Shown here in pieces: positions 24,107 to 37,270 of a DNA stretch of 64,000 bases. The first letter of the stretch is position 1; each line of letters begins with the position of its first letter. Under the pieces are notes generated by a model, which searched no databases, was not told the origin of the DNA, and was given only the letters and a program-made list of their open reading frames with translations. The stretch covers positions 1 to 64,000 of the forward strand of contig MCFE01000093.1 in assembly GCA_002104905.1 (NCBI GenBank), given 5' to 3'. The stretch comes from Basidiobolus meristosporus CBS 931.73 (Eukaryota > Fungi > Basidiobolomycota). The translations under genes and the position numbers were made by a program.

Positions 24107-25066
24107 TGGGAAGTTTTGGTAAGGAAGTAAAAACGAATGTGTTCGAAAACGGAGGGAAGGAAGGATGGGCCTGAAAAATATAGTGATGATGTAGAGATTT
24201 TGGTATGTTCACCTGACGGTAATGCGCATCACTAAAGATCTAACTCGGGAGAGTCGAACCCGGTAAGAATGGGGACGGGATGATGGTGAGTTGACAGGGA
24301 ACTACTCACTATTTGGAAACAGCATTGCTACACAAATTCCCGAAAAATACCGAGTTTACAATATTGGCATCTCCCATTGATGGGCTTCTGAAAGATCGGC
24401 ATTAATTGTGGGCCAATGATGGATGCTGACCTCAAGATTGGGATTAGGAATAAACATTCAACTGACCGCCAATCTTACCCAAGGAACGTATGTGTGACAT
24501 TCTAACACTCTGGCAAACTTCTCGCGGTAATTACCCTGTTGGAGGCTGACCCAATGATGGTCGATGGAATTCCATGGAACAACCCGGCTTGTTATCAAAA
24601 CAATACAAACAATCACTCCAGAGCCAAACAAAAGGACCAAGGCAAAAATAAGTGCAGGTATAAATAGATAGATTGGCTCTTGCTGGATATTTCAAGGTAA
24701 CATGGGTTTATTGTTAGGGAACGCAAAAATATCCATTTAATGGAGATTGATATTAGCCATTGATATTAGCGAAAACGGTGTAACTTCAGTGCTGAAATAT
24801 TTCAATCTCCAGCCAGTCAAGTCATCATTTTCCTCAACTAGAGTAGTACTGTCGCCAACCTGTATGATGAATTGGTGTTCAACCCTTGGTGGTGGACACT
24901 CAAGGCCTTTAATCTCTTTATTCTGTATCTTACTGTTGACAGTTGCCCAAACATAATCCTACTACTGTAACGAATATTCCAGTGAAATAGCTTAATTTAA
25001 TATACTCTCCATTCCCTTGCTTCTTTTCCGTTCAGTCACGAACTCTTTTCGTTGTCTATATTCCTG

Positions 25067-27503
25067 ATGACTGCGATACATCAAGAGCGTCCCTATGATG
25101 CGGGTCTTTCTATCGACCGGTGCTCACACGCTGAGCGTGATAGTATTAATCTAACCGGTAAAACAGCTGCGTTTACAAGTTACCATCCAAGCCAAAGCCA
25201 AGCTTGCAAGCAATGCAGCACTGGTTGTACAATTTTGGTGGTTGATAAGCAGTCACAGTATGCCGGTATCCCCGAGAATACTCCAGTTTCAGCGTCTCCT
25301 ACTGGCGACCGGCCGAAACATAGCTTGTCCAAGAAAGACACCAAGCTTACCATATCAGTAGCTAACGAGCCTGCCCGAGCAGAATGTGGTAATCACGTAT
25401 CAACGAAAACCGAAGCCCCACTTGGTACACATAGCCGCAAATCTCTGAGTGCAGTGCAGTGGTTGACTTTTTGTCCTAAACTTAGTCTTAGCTAGTGCTC
25501 CCTTAAATGGCTCCACTTCAACACTGGATTCGTCGAAAGGTATTTTCGGAGAGCCAATCGCTTCCGCAAGTCAAGCCTTAGTACGGCATGGGTCTACGGG
25601 GGGTTTACAAGTTGCAAAGTAAGCAGCCACGCTGGTTTCCTGAGCTACACCAACTTAAACTATGCTTCCAGATACACAAAGAAGGATGAACCACTATGGC
25701 AGCACATGGCAGAGATAGATTTTGTTGGGCAAGCAATAGACATGGCGTTGAGGTGAGGCGGACTCGACACTTGCACTCTGTTGGAGACTAACGGTTGAAC
25801 TTGTAGGAGATTTCTTGCGTCTTATCAATTGCCAAAAGAGGCCCAACAAATAGATCGAGTCATGGTCGCATTCGCTAAGCGATACCATCAATGTAACTCC
25901 GACCTATTCCCATCACCAGGTATGCAGTGACGACATAACGCTCGACGTCCCCACTTGTTAACTTGTTCCGTTGCAGACGTGGTCTATTCCATTGCCTTTT
26001 CCTTGATGCTTTTGCATACGGATGCTCACAACAAGCACGTGAAACACAAGATGTCCAAGACGCAGTATATCCGACAAACGCGTACACTCGAGCAAGGGAA
26101 CGTGATAGCCCCCGAGATTCTTTCGGTAAGCCAGAGGCTCCATCGAGATCGGTACGAGCAGCCATTGACTCCTGAAGTGTAGATTTTCTATGACAACATC
26201 ACCTCGGCACAATTTATCTACGCCAACGGCCCCAAGAAGGCTCCTAAAGCCTCGTGGATCAAGAAGGTCTACCAGGGAACCCCGCCGAATCCATACAAAT
26301 TAATGCAAGCGATGTCCACTCAGTTTGCTGCTGCAGTGTTGGCATCCAAGATAAGTTTATTCGAGCCGGGCCGTGGACAGTATAGTTATCGTGGGTCTCA
26401 GTCCGTGGTTCGAGAGGCCTTCCTACGCACCGCCTTCAAACTCAAAGTATCCGGAGTCAAGACCTATTTTCAAGACACAATCGGTGGCAGACATATGTCT
26501 GCCATTGCCGGTCCCCAGGAACCCGAGGATTTCTCGATCTTGAAGTGTGCCAAGGAGGGCCTGGTGAGTCGCAAATGCGACCTGATGGACGGTGGAAAGC
26601 GAGCAACTAGACGAAGCTGGAAAGAGCTGTGGATGGTGTTGAGTGGCAGCCAATTGATCTTCTTCCAAGACGTCGCTTGGTTCAAGAATCAGAATCATCG
26701 TTTGTCCAAGGTAAGTGAGTTCTTCGCTGAATTGGTGCACGCCTCTTGCCTAAGTATACTTCACAGGCCTCGCCCAAGCCGCACTCCATCCTTTCCACAG
26801 AGAACTGCATCTGCTTGATCGATAAGGACTACAACACCTACCCAAATGTCTTTCGACTGGTGACCCCGACCTGTCGGGAATACCTCTTCCGGTATCACTC
26901 AGAGAGCGAGATGCTGGACTGGATGGCTAATATCAATTACGCCGCCACATTCAAGACGGTTGCCCTCAAGCCCCGAGGTGTCGATGAGATCACTAGGCTT
27001 TCAAAGAGCCTGAAGTGTGGCGCCTCCTTGGCCCCAGGTGTGCCGGCTGCGGTAACCGAGGCGGATAGGGTCAGGAGCAGTCTTGTGCAGGTTGGTGGTC
27101 ACTGTATGTCTCTTCGTAGGTCGTCCATTGACAAGCGCGTCTGTAGAGAAAAATCCGTGACCTAAGCGAGCGGATTATCCAATGCCAACGCATGATAGAG
27201 GCCGACGGGCGGTTGCAGAAACAGATGTCGATCATGGTGCCGCTACAGCGACATACGCGGCAAAAGGCAATCGATACCGCCTCGGAGGTCAGCAAGCGCC
27301 TGAAGGAATCCTGCCTGCAGTTGGAGAAGTGGGAGTGCTACAAGGAGATTCTGGAAGCTGATTTGGTCATCGCGAAGCTCGAGGAAGCCAGGAAGCAACG
27401 ACTCACCACATACATGGAGGATCAGCCCGAGATAGCCATGGAAGAGACCTCAACTTTGGTACATAAACCTAACCCCATACCAGGCATCATTGAGTTGGTT
27501 TAG
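25067..27503 (+). CDS. Sec7 + PH domain Arf guanine-nucleotide exchange factor (SYT1-like), multi-exon
   Basis: Sec7 IDMALRRFLASYQLPKEAQQIDRVMVAFAKRY..SLMLLHTDAHNK; PH KEGLVSRK..WKELWMVLSGSQLIFF..WMANINYAATFKT; C-terminal coiled coil. The start codon is approximate. Confidence 0.85.
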
Positions 27504-27722
27504 TGATCTCTATTTGTAACTCTAATATATATATATGTATTCATTCATTTATAATCACATGATGTCTCCTTGCTAACATGAAATAGAGTTGTAACTATGA
27601 TCCAATGATCCGAACCACTCAGCATCCCTACTATCAGTGAATATAACAACCTTCTCTCCACCTCAATAAATATCAGTTCGTAGTTGTCACAGCATCCCTT
27701 CTGTTAGAATAGCCAGGTCAAC

Positions 27723-29191
27723 ATGTCGGCATCAGTTATTCCCTCACACAAACCAGCCCATGCGACCGCCAAATGCCCACACTGTGAGTCACTGTTCGAA
27801 TTCCTGCTCCCCACTTCAGAAACAGCCTCGGTCCAGTGTTTCTCCTGCAACAATCTGGCCGAGATCCCCGTCGCAGCGTATATCAACAACACCCTGAAGT
27901 CCCAAAAGCCCAGCACAGCCAACGGCGAGGCCAAGAATGAGCGCTCGTGGCGTTTGGGCACTGGTAAGTTGCTGGAGTAAAGAATTGGGTGTTGTGCGGA
28001 CTACTTAGCCTTTCCATCCCCCACATATCGACCAGATGAGAACCCGGTCTCCACCGAATACTACGATACCCTCGGCGTCGCACCCACCGCCACCGCCGGT
28101 GAGATCAAAAAGAAGTATTACACTTTGGCGATGAAGTATCATCCCGATAAAAGCCAGGAAGCGGATGCAGAGGAAAAGGTAAGCCTGGTCTAGTTTTCAA
28201 CGGGGCTATTCGCAAGGTCATTCCCCTTGACCTTTTCTGCTCTTCACAGTTCAAGAAAATCTCGGAGGCTTATCAGGTGCTTTCCGACCCCGTCCTCCGT
28301 AAGAAGTACAACGAGTTCGGCCCCCAGAACAACATCGCCCCGGAAGGCGGCTTTGGTAAGTGGATTGGTCGGCAGAGAAACCGGACTTTGGACTGACCGC
28401 TTTGCCTTTCAATAGTGAATCCGGAGGATTTCTTCAAACAGCAGTTTGGTGGAGACCGCTTCGTTGACTGGATTGGGGAGATTTCCATCGCTCGTGATTT
28501 CAAAGACGCCATGCAGGAATCCAACCAGGAGTCCGAGGAAGCAGGCTTGACGGAGGAGGAGAAGAAACAACGAGAGGAACAGCAATCCGAAGAGCGCTCC
28601 AAGGCTCGCGCTGAACGCGTGGACAAGCTGGCCAAAAACTTGATCAGTAAATTGGCCATTTTCACCGACTCCGACGGCGGTCAGGATGCCATGGCCAAGT
28701 ACCAAGACCAAATCCAACATGAGGCCAGCGACCTCCAGGCGGAGTCCTATGGAGTAGAGCTGCTTCACGCCATCGGCTATACTTATAGCCTGAAGGCGCG
28801 TCAATACCTTGGCCGTGACGAATTCCTCGGCATCGGTCGCTATTTCCATCAATTCCGCGAGAAGGGCCATATCCTTGGGGAGACCTACTCCACTCTGCGG
28901 TCAGCTATCGACATGCAAAACACATTCACGCAGCTTCAGGACGCGGACAAAAAAGGCCTGGATGCTGGGGCTCGGACAGCGCTCGAAGAGCAAGCGGCCC
29001 AGAAAGGACTGAACGCACTATGGAGAGGCAGTAAGTTGGAGGTCGAGTCAGTGTTGCGAGATGTGTGTGACATCGTGCTGGGTGACCCCTCTTGTCCAAA
29101 GGAATTGGCCAAGAAGCGAGCCCTAGGGTTGAAGATGATCGGACATATCTTCGAAAGCGTCAAGGCCGAGTCTGCCCCTAGCCCAGCATAA
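27723..29191 (+). CDS. J-domain protein with DnaJ-X domain (Djp1/Caj1-like) and N-terminal CxxC..CxxC segment
   Basis: J domain [21 protein letters not shown]; [14 protein letters not shown]; [12 protein letters not shown]; [12 protein letters not shown]; three introns. Confidence 0.92.
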
Positions 29192-29405
29192 AGCGGATGA
29201 GCATCGATTAGGTCAGATAACAAGAAGCCGAATGTTGTTTTATTGATAGAAATTCTCACCAACTACTGGCGTATGTATGCTACATTCTCACCGTCATTAA
29301 AAATCTAATTAAAAATTAAAGCGTTGGGGCGAGGTTGATAGAATCCACTCTGGTATTTCATAGATCATACGAGACGCGGGTATGATTAGGTGTGATTAGG
29401 TGCGG

Positions 29406-31709
29406 TTAGTCGGCCGCCTGGGGGATCTCCGAATCGCCGACACTAGGCGCTGGCTCGCTGGTGGCGTGGTTCGTTTCCGGGTCGGCGGGTGCGCTGTTGG
29501 CCAGCCTCTGGGATTTTCTAGGCTCGTCCTCACTGTCAGAGCTGAATTCTAGTAAATGCTTGTCGTCGAACACTGCCCCTTCGAACAAGTAGTAGTATGG
29601 CTCTTGGAATGTATATGGCTGCTCGGTTCGCTCCACGGCAGCAGTAGGGATCAGCTCATGTTTGAGTTCCCAGCCCAACATCCGAGAGAGCTCGGCAACG
29701 ATGCTATCGCAGTTGCCCAGTAACTGGATATCAAAGTTGATGTGGGTGTTGGGAGTTCGGTTGATCAAAATCTGCGGGACGTCCTGTGGAATGTGGCCTA
29801 CCGGGAAACAAGGTCACTGACGTGCGCTATGGAGGTGCTTCAGATGACAAAGTCGCTACTTACTCATGATGTTCGAGACCGGCGCCACACGGAGACTGGA
29901 GCCCATCACGATCAGCAAGTCAATCTGACGTGCATCTTCCAAGAGATGCTCTTCAAAAGCATCAGGGAGTTTTTCCCCAAAGAAGACGATGTCCGGCTTC
30001 ATAATGGCGTCGTCCAGGTTGGGATCTTCAGCAATGCATTTGGGGCAACGGGGGATAGTCTGAGGTTATGGAGTTAATGACCAGCACGAATCAAGGAGAA
30101 TGATGAACTGCCCAGTACTTGTTTGAAGATGTCCTGCTCTATCTCTCTTCCTGGCACTTGATGGTGGCAACGTATGCAGCTGGCAGAAGCGAAAGAGCCT
30201 ACACAACAACGGTTTCCTGTTCAGTATGGATTTCATGGTCGCTGCCAAGTCCTTGGGACTAACCGTGGCACTGGAGAACCTTCTGTATACCAGCAGCCTG
30301 TTCTAGCGTGTCGATGTTTTGAGTGTAATTCCGGAGCAACTTTCCCTTCTCTTCAACCAATCTAACGAATGCATGGGTTGGTGAAGGCTTGAAGTTTGTG
30401 GGATACAACTCCTATTTGAAGTTAGGCTACCGAGGGTCGCAGGAAATCATGCAAGTTGCTCTCTACCTTGGCAAAGGAGTAGAACACTTCGGGATAATCC
30501 CTGAAGTATCCGATATCGAACATTTCCTGAGGGTCCTCGAGGTTGTATTGAGAGAGACGAGAATAGATTCCGTCGGGCGAACGAAAATCTGGAATCCCAC
30601 ATGAAACTGAAACCTTCATGGTACGAACGGTTAAGACCCGTCCGCATTAACATCTCTCCACTTGGCTACATACCCCTGCTCCAGTCAAGATCATGATGTT
30701 CTTGGATTCTTTGATGAGTCGTACCACATCTTCCACCGTGTTCACATCCGGGAGTCTCTGGCGTTCTCGCAAAAACCGGCTGATCAGGAGCTCAAGCAAC
30801 GGCAGCAGCTGGAGCACGGGGCGCCCCATCGCTCTAGCAGCCTACATTCCATGCGAAGTCAGTAACGAGAGCCTCCACTCCCAACATCAATAAGCATTAC
30901 CAGTTTCTGGTCGAAAACATCGAGGAGCTTCGCCACGGGAACCTTCTTTTCAAGAACATATTCGCGGATGAACATCACGATCCCTTTGAATGTCAACGAT
31001 CAATTTGTGGGACCAACCGTAGCTTTCCATGACCTGGAGTACCTTTTTGTCGCGCATCCGCCCGAACCGCCTGACGCTCCTCTTCTGTGTATAGGGGAAA
31101 TTCCGGGGGATCTATGCCGAAGAGATTATAAATTCCAGGTGCATGATGGATTCTCTTTGCTTCATACAAACCTTGATGTTGGGCAAGGTCGGAATAAAGG
31201 AGATCGGCTAGATCGCCTTCAATGTCAACATCATCCGCAAGAAGTTCCTGGTCGATGCCTTCAAGATCTCCCTCATTCCAGTCCTCATCATCTGAGCTCT
31301 CTCCTTCGCTGTGATCGGCATGATCCTCGCCGGAATCGTCAGAGATTGCGCCAAGTAGCTTTGATGTGAGGCTCTCGTGGGCTGACTCGGTTATGGTATC
31401 AGCGACTGGTTCAGTTTCAAGGAGGTTTTCGGACGCTATTTGCTCCATGGATGGTGTGCTCGCTTCATTACCCTGCTCCAGGTTGGATTCAGCAATTTCA
31501 GGTCTCATGGTGACATTCAAATGTAGATCGAGGTTCGGTTCGACTGACGTGTTTTCCTCAGGGTTCTCGCTTTTGACGCGCTTGGAGGAGACCTTGTCGC
31601 ACTCTTTATCGAGATCTTTACGTTTCTGCATGTTGGTATCGCCATGGGTAGAATCGAGGGGAACCTCAGTGGGGGGATCTGTATGGGGTGGAGCCGAATG
31701 ATGGTTCAT
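29406..31709 (-). CDS. SIR2: Class I sirtuin, NAD-dependent deacetylase, multi-exon
   Basis: [51 protein letters not shown] and DIQLLGNCD; acidic N-terminal extension. Confidence 0.93.
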
Positions 31710-32444
31710 GTTCGCTTTAAATATTAAATAAAAATAGTCGATAGATGCAAAGTTTATGTGTAGTGTAGAGACAGTAGGTCGCTTATGCACTGAGCATTCT
31801 GGTACTTCACACAGCTGACAAGTTGGGTGGGAAGTCAAAAATAAATGATCGTTCGTTTGATTACCATTTGATTAAAACTGAATTGCCATTGAATTCTGAT
31901 TGGAAAATGAACCTCGACCCGGGGATCACGTGTTTATTCTCATGCTTCTCGATAAAAAAGCAACCCTGTGCTAACAAGGTTGTGATAAAGGGTTCGGGAG
32001 GGATAGTCGCAGTCACCAGCTGGAGCCGGACCAACCCCTACTCCTAGGGACGAACTCTTTCGAGACGTCCTTCATAGATTTAAATGCGCATTCTCTACAA
32101 CGGTAGGAAGCCAAACCAGAAAAACATGCGAGTGATCTACTCTTATATCAATGACGTGATTATGGGATATCCATAAGTTGAATCCAGGCTACTGACTATT
32201 TTGGGAATTCCATGATCAGAACTTTATTGCCAATCAACTACCAACACACCTGAGCACATTGCTTCCAAGTAAGCCTGCTGGGAGTTCAGCGTGTCCAGTG
32301 TAATCTTTCCACCCACCGAGGGTTCGTATTCTACAACTAGCAGCTAAATCGGAAGCAAGGCTGCTCCCATACAACGTCGCTCGATTCTGGTGGTCACGTT
32401 TCTTTCCCCTTAAGCTCGTTCTTTCCTGAAGCGTTGTCTCGAAC

Positions 32445-33562
32445 ATGGCCATTCCGTTGGAGACATGGTACTTTGACATCCCTGTTGTAACCAGAATCTA
32501 CCTTACCATCTCCGTTTTGTTGACTCTGGCTGTGGTACTTGTCTAGCTTTACCTACTGTTTGAGCTTTCTCACCCTAATTGCTTGTCAAACACATACTCC
32601 TACACGCAGCAACTCGGACTGGTTACCTGGTTTCAATTATATTACAGCTTCGATCTGATATGGCACGGTGGGCAGGTTAGTTCATAGGACCAATTTGAAT
32701 CTCGCTCTAGTCAATGCTAACCTCTCGATTTGTCGTACACCATGCTTGATACCGACAGTATTGGCGACTGCTTACAACCTTTCTGTACTTCGGTCAATTT
32801 TCACTAGACTGGATGTTCCATATGTTTTTCATGTAAGAGCACGAAAGTTCGAGGGCTAGCAGTAGCGTCGGTATTAATGGGGCTTTCATGTAGTGGTCGG
32901 TATAGTCGAATGCTGGAGGAGGGCTCGTTTTACGGACGTCCCGCTGACTTTCTGTGGCTACTGTTGCTTACTGGAGTATCATTATTAGTAAGTGTCCCCA
33001 AGTAACTGGTCCGGGCTGTCTGGAGTGCTAACTGCCTTTTAGTTGGTGGCTCCGTTCGTATCCATGATGTTCTTGGGGTCTCCCCTTAATTACACACTTG
33101 TATATATTTGGTCTCGTCGTAATCCGTTCATCCGATTGAACTTTCTGGGGCTCTTCGTGTTTAGTGCGCCCTACCTGCCGTTGGTTCTCCTTGGATTCTC
33201 CATGCTGCTTTCGAGTAAATTACCCATCGGGAGCATTGTCGGGATTTTCCTTGGCCACTTGTACTACTTCTTAGTGGATGTTTGGCCAAACGAGCCTGCC
33301 TCGGGTGGGATGAGACTCCTTGATACGCCGAGGTTCATGTAAGTGTCCAGCAAGAAAAGCGCTATCTCACAAGCAATTAACATCTCTTTTCAGACAAAGG
33401 CTGTTCCATACTCCCCCCAATGAACCTATTCAAGTGGAGCTTCCTGAGGATCTGGAACACGATTCTGACCACGAGATCCCTCTAGAAGGAGCGGATCAGA
33501 CGAATGAATTTGAGGAAGAGCCTGATGACCGTCCCCCTCCAACCACCACAACTACAACATAA
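32445..33562 (+). CDS. DER1: Derlin (ERAD membrane protein), multi-exon
   Basis: IPVVTRIY, WRLLTTFLYFG, RYSRMLEEGSF..RPADF, YIWSRRNP and GHLYYFL; acidic C-tail. Confidence 0.94.
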
Positions 33563-33854
33563 ACAACAGCCATAGAAGTTTCCTGTTGGTGATTCTGCGT
33601 GTCTGATGGCAATGAATGGCACTGCCAAGGGAATTCAACTACTCGTAACGAACATCTAACCTAGCGTGGCCTAGTGAGCCGGAAAACTCATGCTGGACCA
33701 TTGTATGTGAACGCGATAAAAATCGGAATAAATGGATCACCATTGCCTACGAGCCATTCTCATACCGCATGAGCACATGTGGATGTGTATATAATAGGTT
33801 TATTTTAAATATTTGGCTGGCATTAAGTTGAGGAGTATCCTGGTACAAGGCAAA

Positions 33855-35787
33855 CTAGGCGGAGGACTTGAGACTGTTTTGTTTTAGGTTCTCCTGGATA
33901 ACAAATCGCAGCATGGTTTCTGCACGCGTGCGCATCCAACTGTCTTTGTTCATTCCCTTTGCAATCTTGGCTATCTCCTTGGCTTGGGCAAAGGCACGGT
34001 CCATATTGTGTGTCTGCCAGTGCCAGCGAGCCAAGCTCCACCCAAGAGGAACGCTCTGTTTCGAGTACATCGACTCCCCGTTTCGTCCCGCCCCCGTGCG
34101 GTTGTCTAAGGTACGCACCACCACCTGGAATAATGGAAGGAAGGAGTTTGTGATGAGGCGCAAGCGAGCAGGGACCGAATCAGCTGGCCACTCGATGGAG
34201 TCGCTCTCGTCCTTCGAGGCCTCGGGCGCCTTCTCCTTCTCCTTCTTCTTGTCAGCGCCAGAGGGCAGAGGGTATGGGTTGCGGTTGCGGGAGAGCTTCT
34301 CATGGACGGCAAAGAATCCAACCAAGGCCTCGAATATCATGTTCAGCTCATTGGTGGGGATGCTGTCGATGTTCCCTTGGGCCTTCTCAAAGATCTTGTT
34401 GATGAAGCTTCGGAAGAGAGTGCAGGCATGCTCATGATCCCCGATATTGAAGGAAACACGGGCAATCCAGAACCCTAACGGGTCGTTCTCGTTTTGCAGC
34501 TGAAGCTTGAGCTTCTCACACAGCCAATCAATGGCCGATGGCTGTTCTTCGTTAATCTCCGGCATCTCCTTGGCCTTCCCGCTGTCTTTGGGATTGGTGC
34601 TGAAGCCCCATGGTAGCTTTCCGTTAGAGCTCCACCAATACCGGCCGAAGTCGTGAACATAGGCGGCAGCCTCCTCTTTGGTTCCTAGCTCAACGGTGAG
34701 CTTGGATTGTTCGCGGCCCATGATTTCGCCGATCAACAACCGAGGGACAAATCTTTCCGGGTCTCTCTGCAGCGCTTTGCTAAGCAAGCCTGCGGTCACC
34801 TCAGAACTCCCTCCGTGGACATAGAATGAGGCCAAGACTCTGGTGTACAAGGAAGCCAGGAAGAGGTCATCGGCAACCGAGTCACTCTTGGGTCCAAATT
34901 TCTTGTCCAAGAACTTGAGACATTCCTTGTGTTCCTGTTTGTCCATGAGGATCTTGGCTTTCAGGAACCTGACCCCGTATTTGTCACCTGTGTCCAACTC
35001 AAGCTAACCGGTCGACTGTGTCGAGGGCCTGCTTGGAGTACTGCAGGCGCTTCTTGCTGTGCTCCGGGTACTTGTGGGCCAGCTTCAACAGGACTTTCGC
35101 CTTGACGTAGAGGCTTCGCAGGTAGGGTCCAGCGTAAATCCAGCTTCCAAGCTTGCCGGAGTATCTGTCCCAATACGATTTTCCATCCGCTTGGCTCTCT
35201 TCGGTCTTCCATCCACGCAAAACCTCCTCGCCCTTCTTGTCAGCCTCCTCTAGGATTCTCAACTGCTCTTCCAGCTGATCGTCATTACGGGCGGTGGCCA
35301 GGACCACCCTGGCATCCACACAAAGGTCGGAGATCTTCAGAGCCTTCTTCGCACCATCGATGCGCTCTTGCTGGGTGCTCTTGCGAAGTACGTCATACAC
35401 ATACTCCTGGGCCTCGAAATACTCCTTCGGTGGATAGACGATGGTTGTATCTTTCGTTTTTTCTCTATGGGCGGTGTAGCTTGACTGTTCCACCGAAAAG
35501 ACGTCGCTCACCGGGTTCTGGTTGGCCACGTCCATGGAGAACACGTCGATCCAGTAGGAAGCGTTGATGGTGGGGTTATGCACGGAGATCTTGCAGTTGC
35601 CAAGATACTCGATGTAGCTCTGCTTAATCTGTCGGATATTATAGTACATGTGAACGGGGGTGGAGTTACGCTGGGTCAAGCTGCTGTACAGTTTGCGTAA
35701 ATCCTCGCTGGTCTCGGGCCTCTCGGCCGGGTTCTCCGCAGGGGGGAGTTGATTAGAGGATCTGTTGTTGCGTTTTCCTCTGGGCAT
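33855..35787 (-). CDS. Intronless TPR-like / ST7-related protein (~640 aa), split by a +1 frameshift at 35001-35002
   Basis: ORF 35787-34999 and ORF 34997-33855 are separated by one base. Joined, they read GPYLRSL..DRLAELDTGDKYGVRF, resembling the RPY..L.LNP.DN.GVRY motif I recall from bacterial ST7/TPR-like proteins. Confidence 0.7.
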
Positions 35788-36579
35788 ACTGGGGAGGAAT
35801 CAAAGGGAAGTAAGAGACAATGATGTTCCAAGCACGACTGCACTGGGATCTCTTATATCTGGGTGCGTATTCATCATCATCTCAGGGATTGGTTCGTTCG
35901 GCGTGGTTGAGGGGTCCCAAGGGGTTTCGGCGGGTTGGACGATTGAACGGAGTGGGCGGCCCCTTATTCCTGGATTCCTCATTTAGACGCCCTATTGGGA
36001 AGTGTGCTAAATCACCCTCTTCTTTTCTCCCTGGATTTCCTCCACTGCCAATGGCCGTTCAAGGGACTCATTGCCAACCAGATCCCTCAATAACCGGCTT
36101 TCCTCATCCCTGGCTGGCATTTTCACAACACCAGTCTTCCTTTGTTACATAACGGTGCGTCATCCTGTGACTGGTCGCTGTCAACACCCACCTAGAAAGG
36201 CTGCTTCGTTCCTCATTTGACCTCATTCTCAATGTTACGCATGATGAAACCCAGTCCCGACCTCGAGCTAAGCCACCACGAGCGAGGTGGGTCGAGCCCA
36301 TAAAATCGCCCGCCTCGCCCGCCTCGCCGCCTCGCCCACTCAACCAACCCTCGATTCGGAACTAAATTAATCACCGAAATAAACGCAGATTTATGGCATC
36401 TTGACAGATTCGGCCCCGGACCCGGGACCCGGGCCACGGCAAACCACCATCCACACTGCCGATGCGAAAAGATTTTTTTCGAGGGCGATTTGGGGAATAA
36501 AGTACACGGCCGGATGCTCCTCAGCTCTCTCTTTTCCCTGTTTCTACATCCCTCGAGGCTAAAGGATTGAAACTTGAAA

Positions 36580-37124
36580 ATGGTAAGTGTCGTGACGTTC
36601 CATGTGTCGTGGTTTGACCTCCCCTGGATGGATGCCTAGTATTCCCTTGATAGATGTAGACTTTTGGATGTCGCTCGTGCGTGATCAGTCAGTCGTGGAT
36701 GGGTTCACTAACGTGTTTTCCTCGCTAGGCCGACGCCACCGTTACCATCCGTACTCGCAAATTCTTGACCAACCGACTCTTGCAACGCAAGCAGTTCGTC
36801 GTCGACATCTTGCACCCTGGCAAGGCTAACATCAGCAAGGATGAGCTCCGCGAGAAGCTCGCCAAGATGTACAAGTCCGACAAGGAGAACGTCTTCTGCT
36901 TCGGATTCCGTACCGTCTTCGGTGGTGGCAAGTCCACTGGATTCGCCTTGATCTACGACTCCTTGGACTCCGCCAAGAAGTTCGAGCCCAAGTACCGCCT
37001 TGTCCGTCACGGCCTTGGTGAGCACGGTATCACCTCCCGTAAGCAACGCAAGGAACGCAAGAACCGTCTCAAGAAGTTCCGTGGTACCGCCAAGACCAAG
37101 GGCCCCAAGACCAAGTCTGAATAA
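36580..37124 (+). CDS. RPS24: 40S ribosomal protein S24 (eS24), 2 exons
   Basis: ATG / intron 36583-36728 / [45 protein letters not shown]. Confidence 0.98.
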
Positions 37125-37270
37125 TTTTGCTTCGCTACTCCTACCCTACACAATTATGACACTTCTACTGTCTTCAATCCTAATTAGATAGTGGTGTACT
37201 GCGCAATAAATTTATTCCTTGTGAATCGTGGGTTCTTATCGAGTGTTGATGTTGGTGGGGACGAACATGC

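Noticed and set aside
24247-24263. GGTTCGACTC B-box-like motif suggesting a tRNA (minus strand)
   Set aside because: No T-stem pairing, A-box or cloverleaf around it.
36583-36728. Possible intronic snoRNA in RPS24 (also checked the 14-3-3 intron)
   Set aside because: No canonical C box (RUGAUGA) with D box (CUGA), nor an H/ACA layout, seen.
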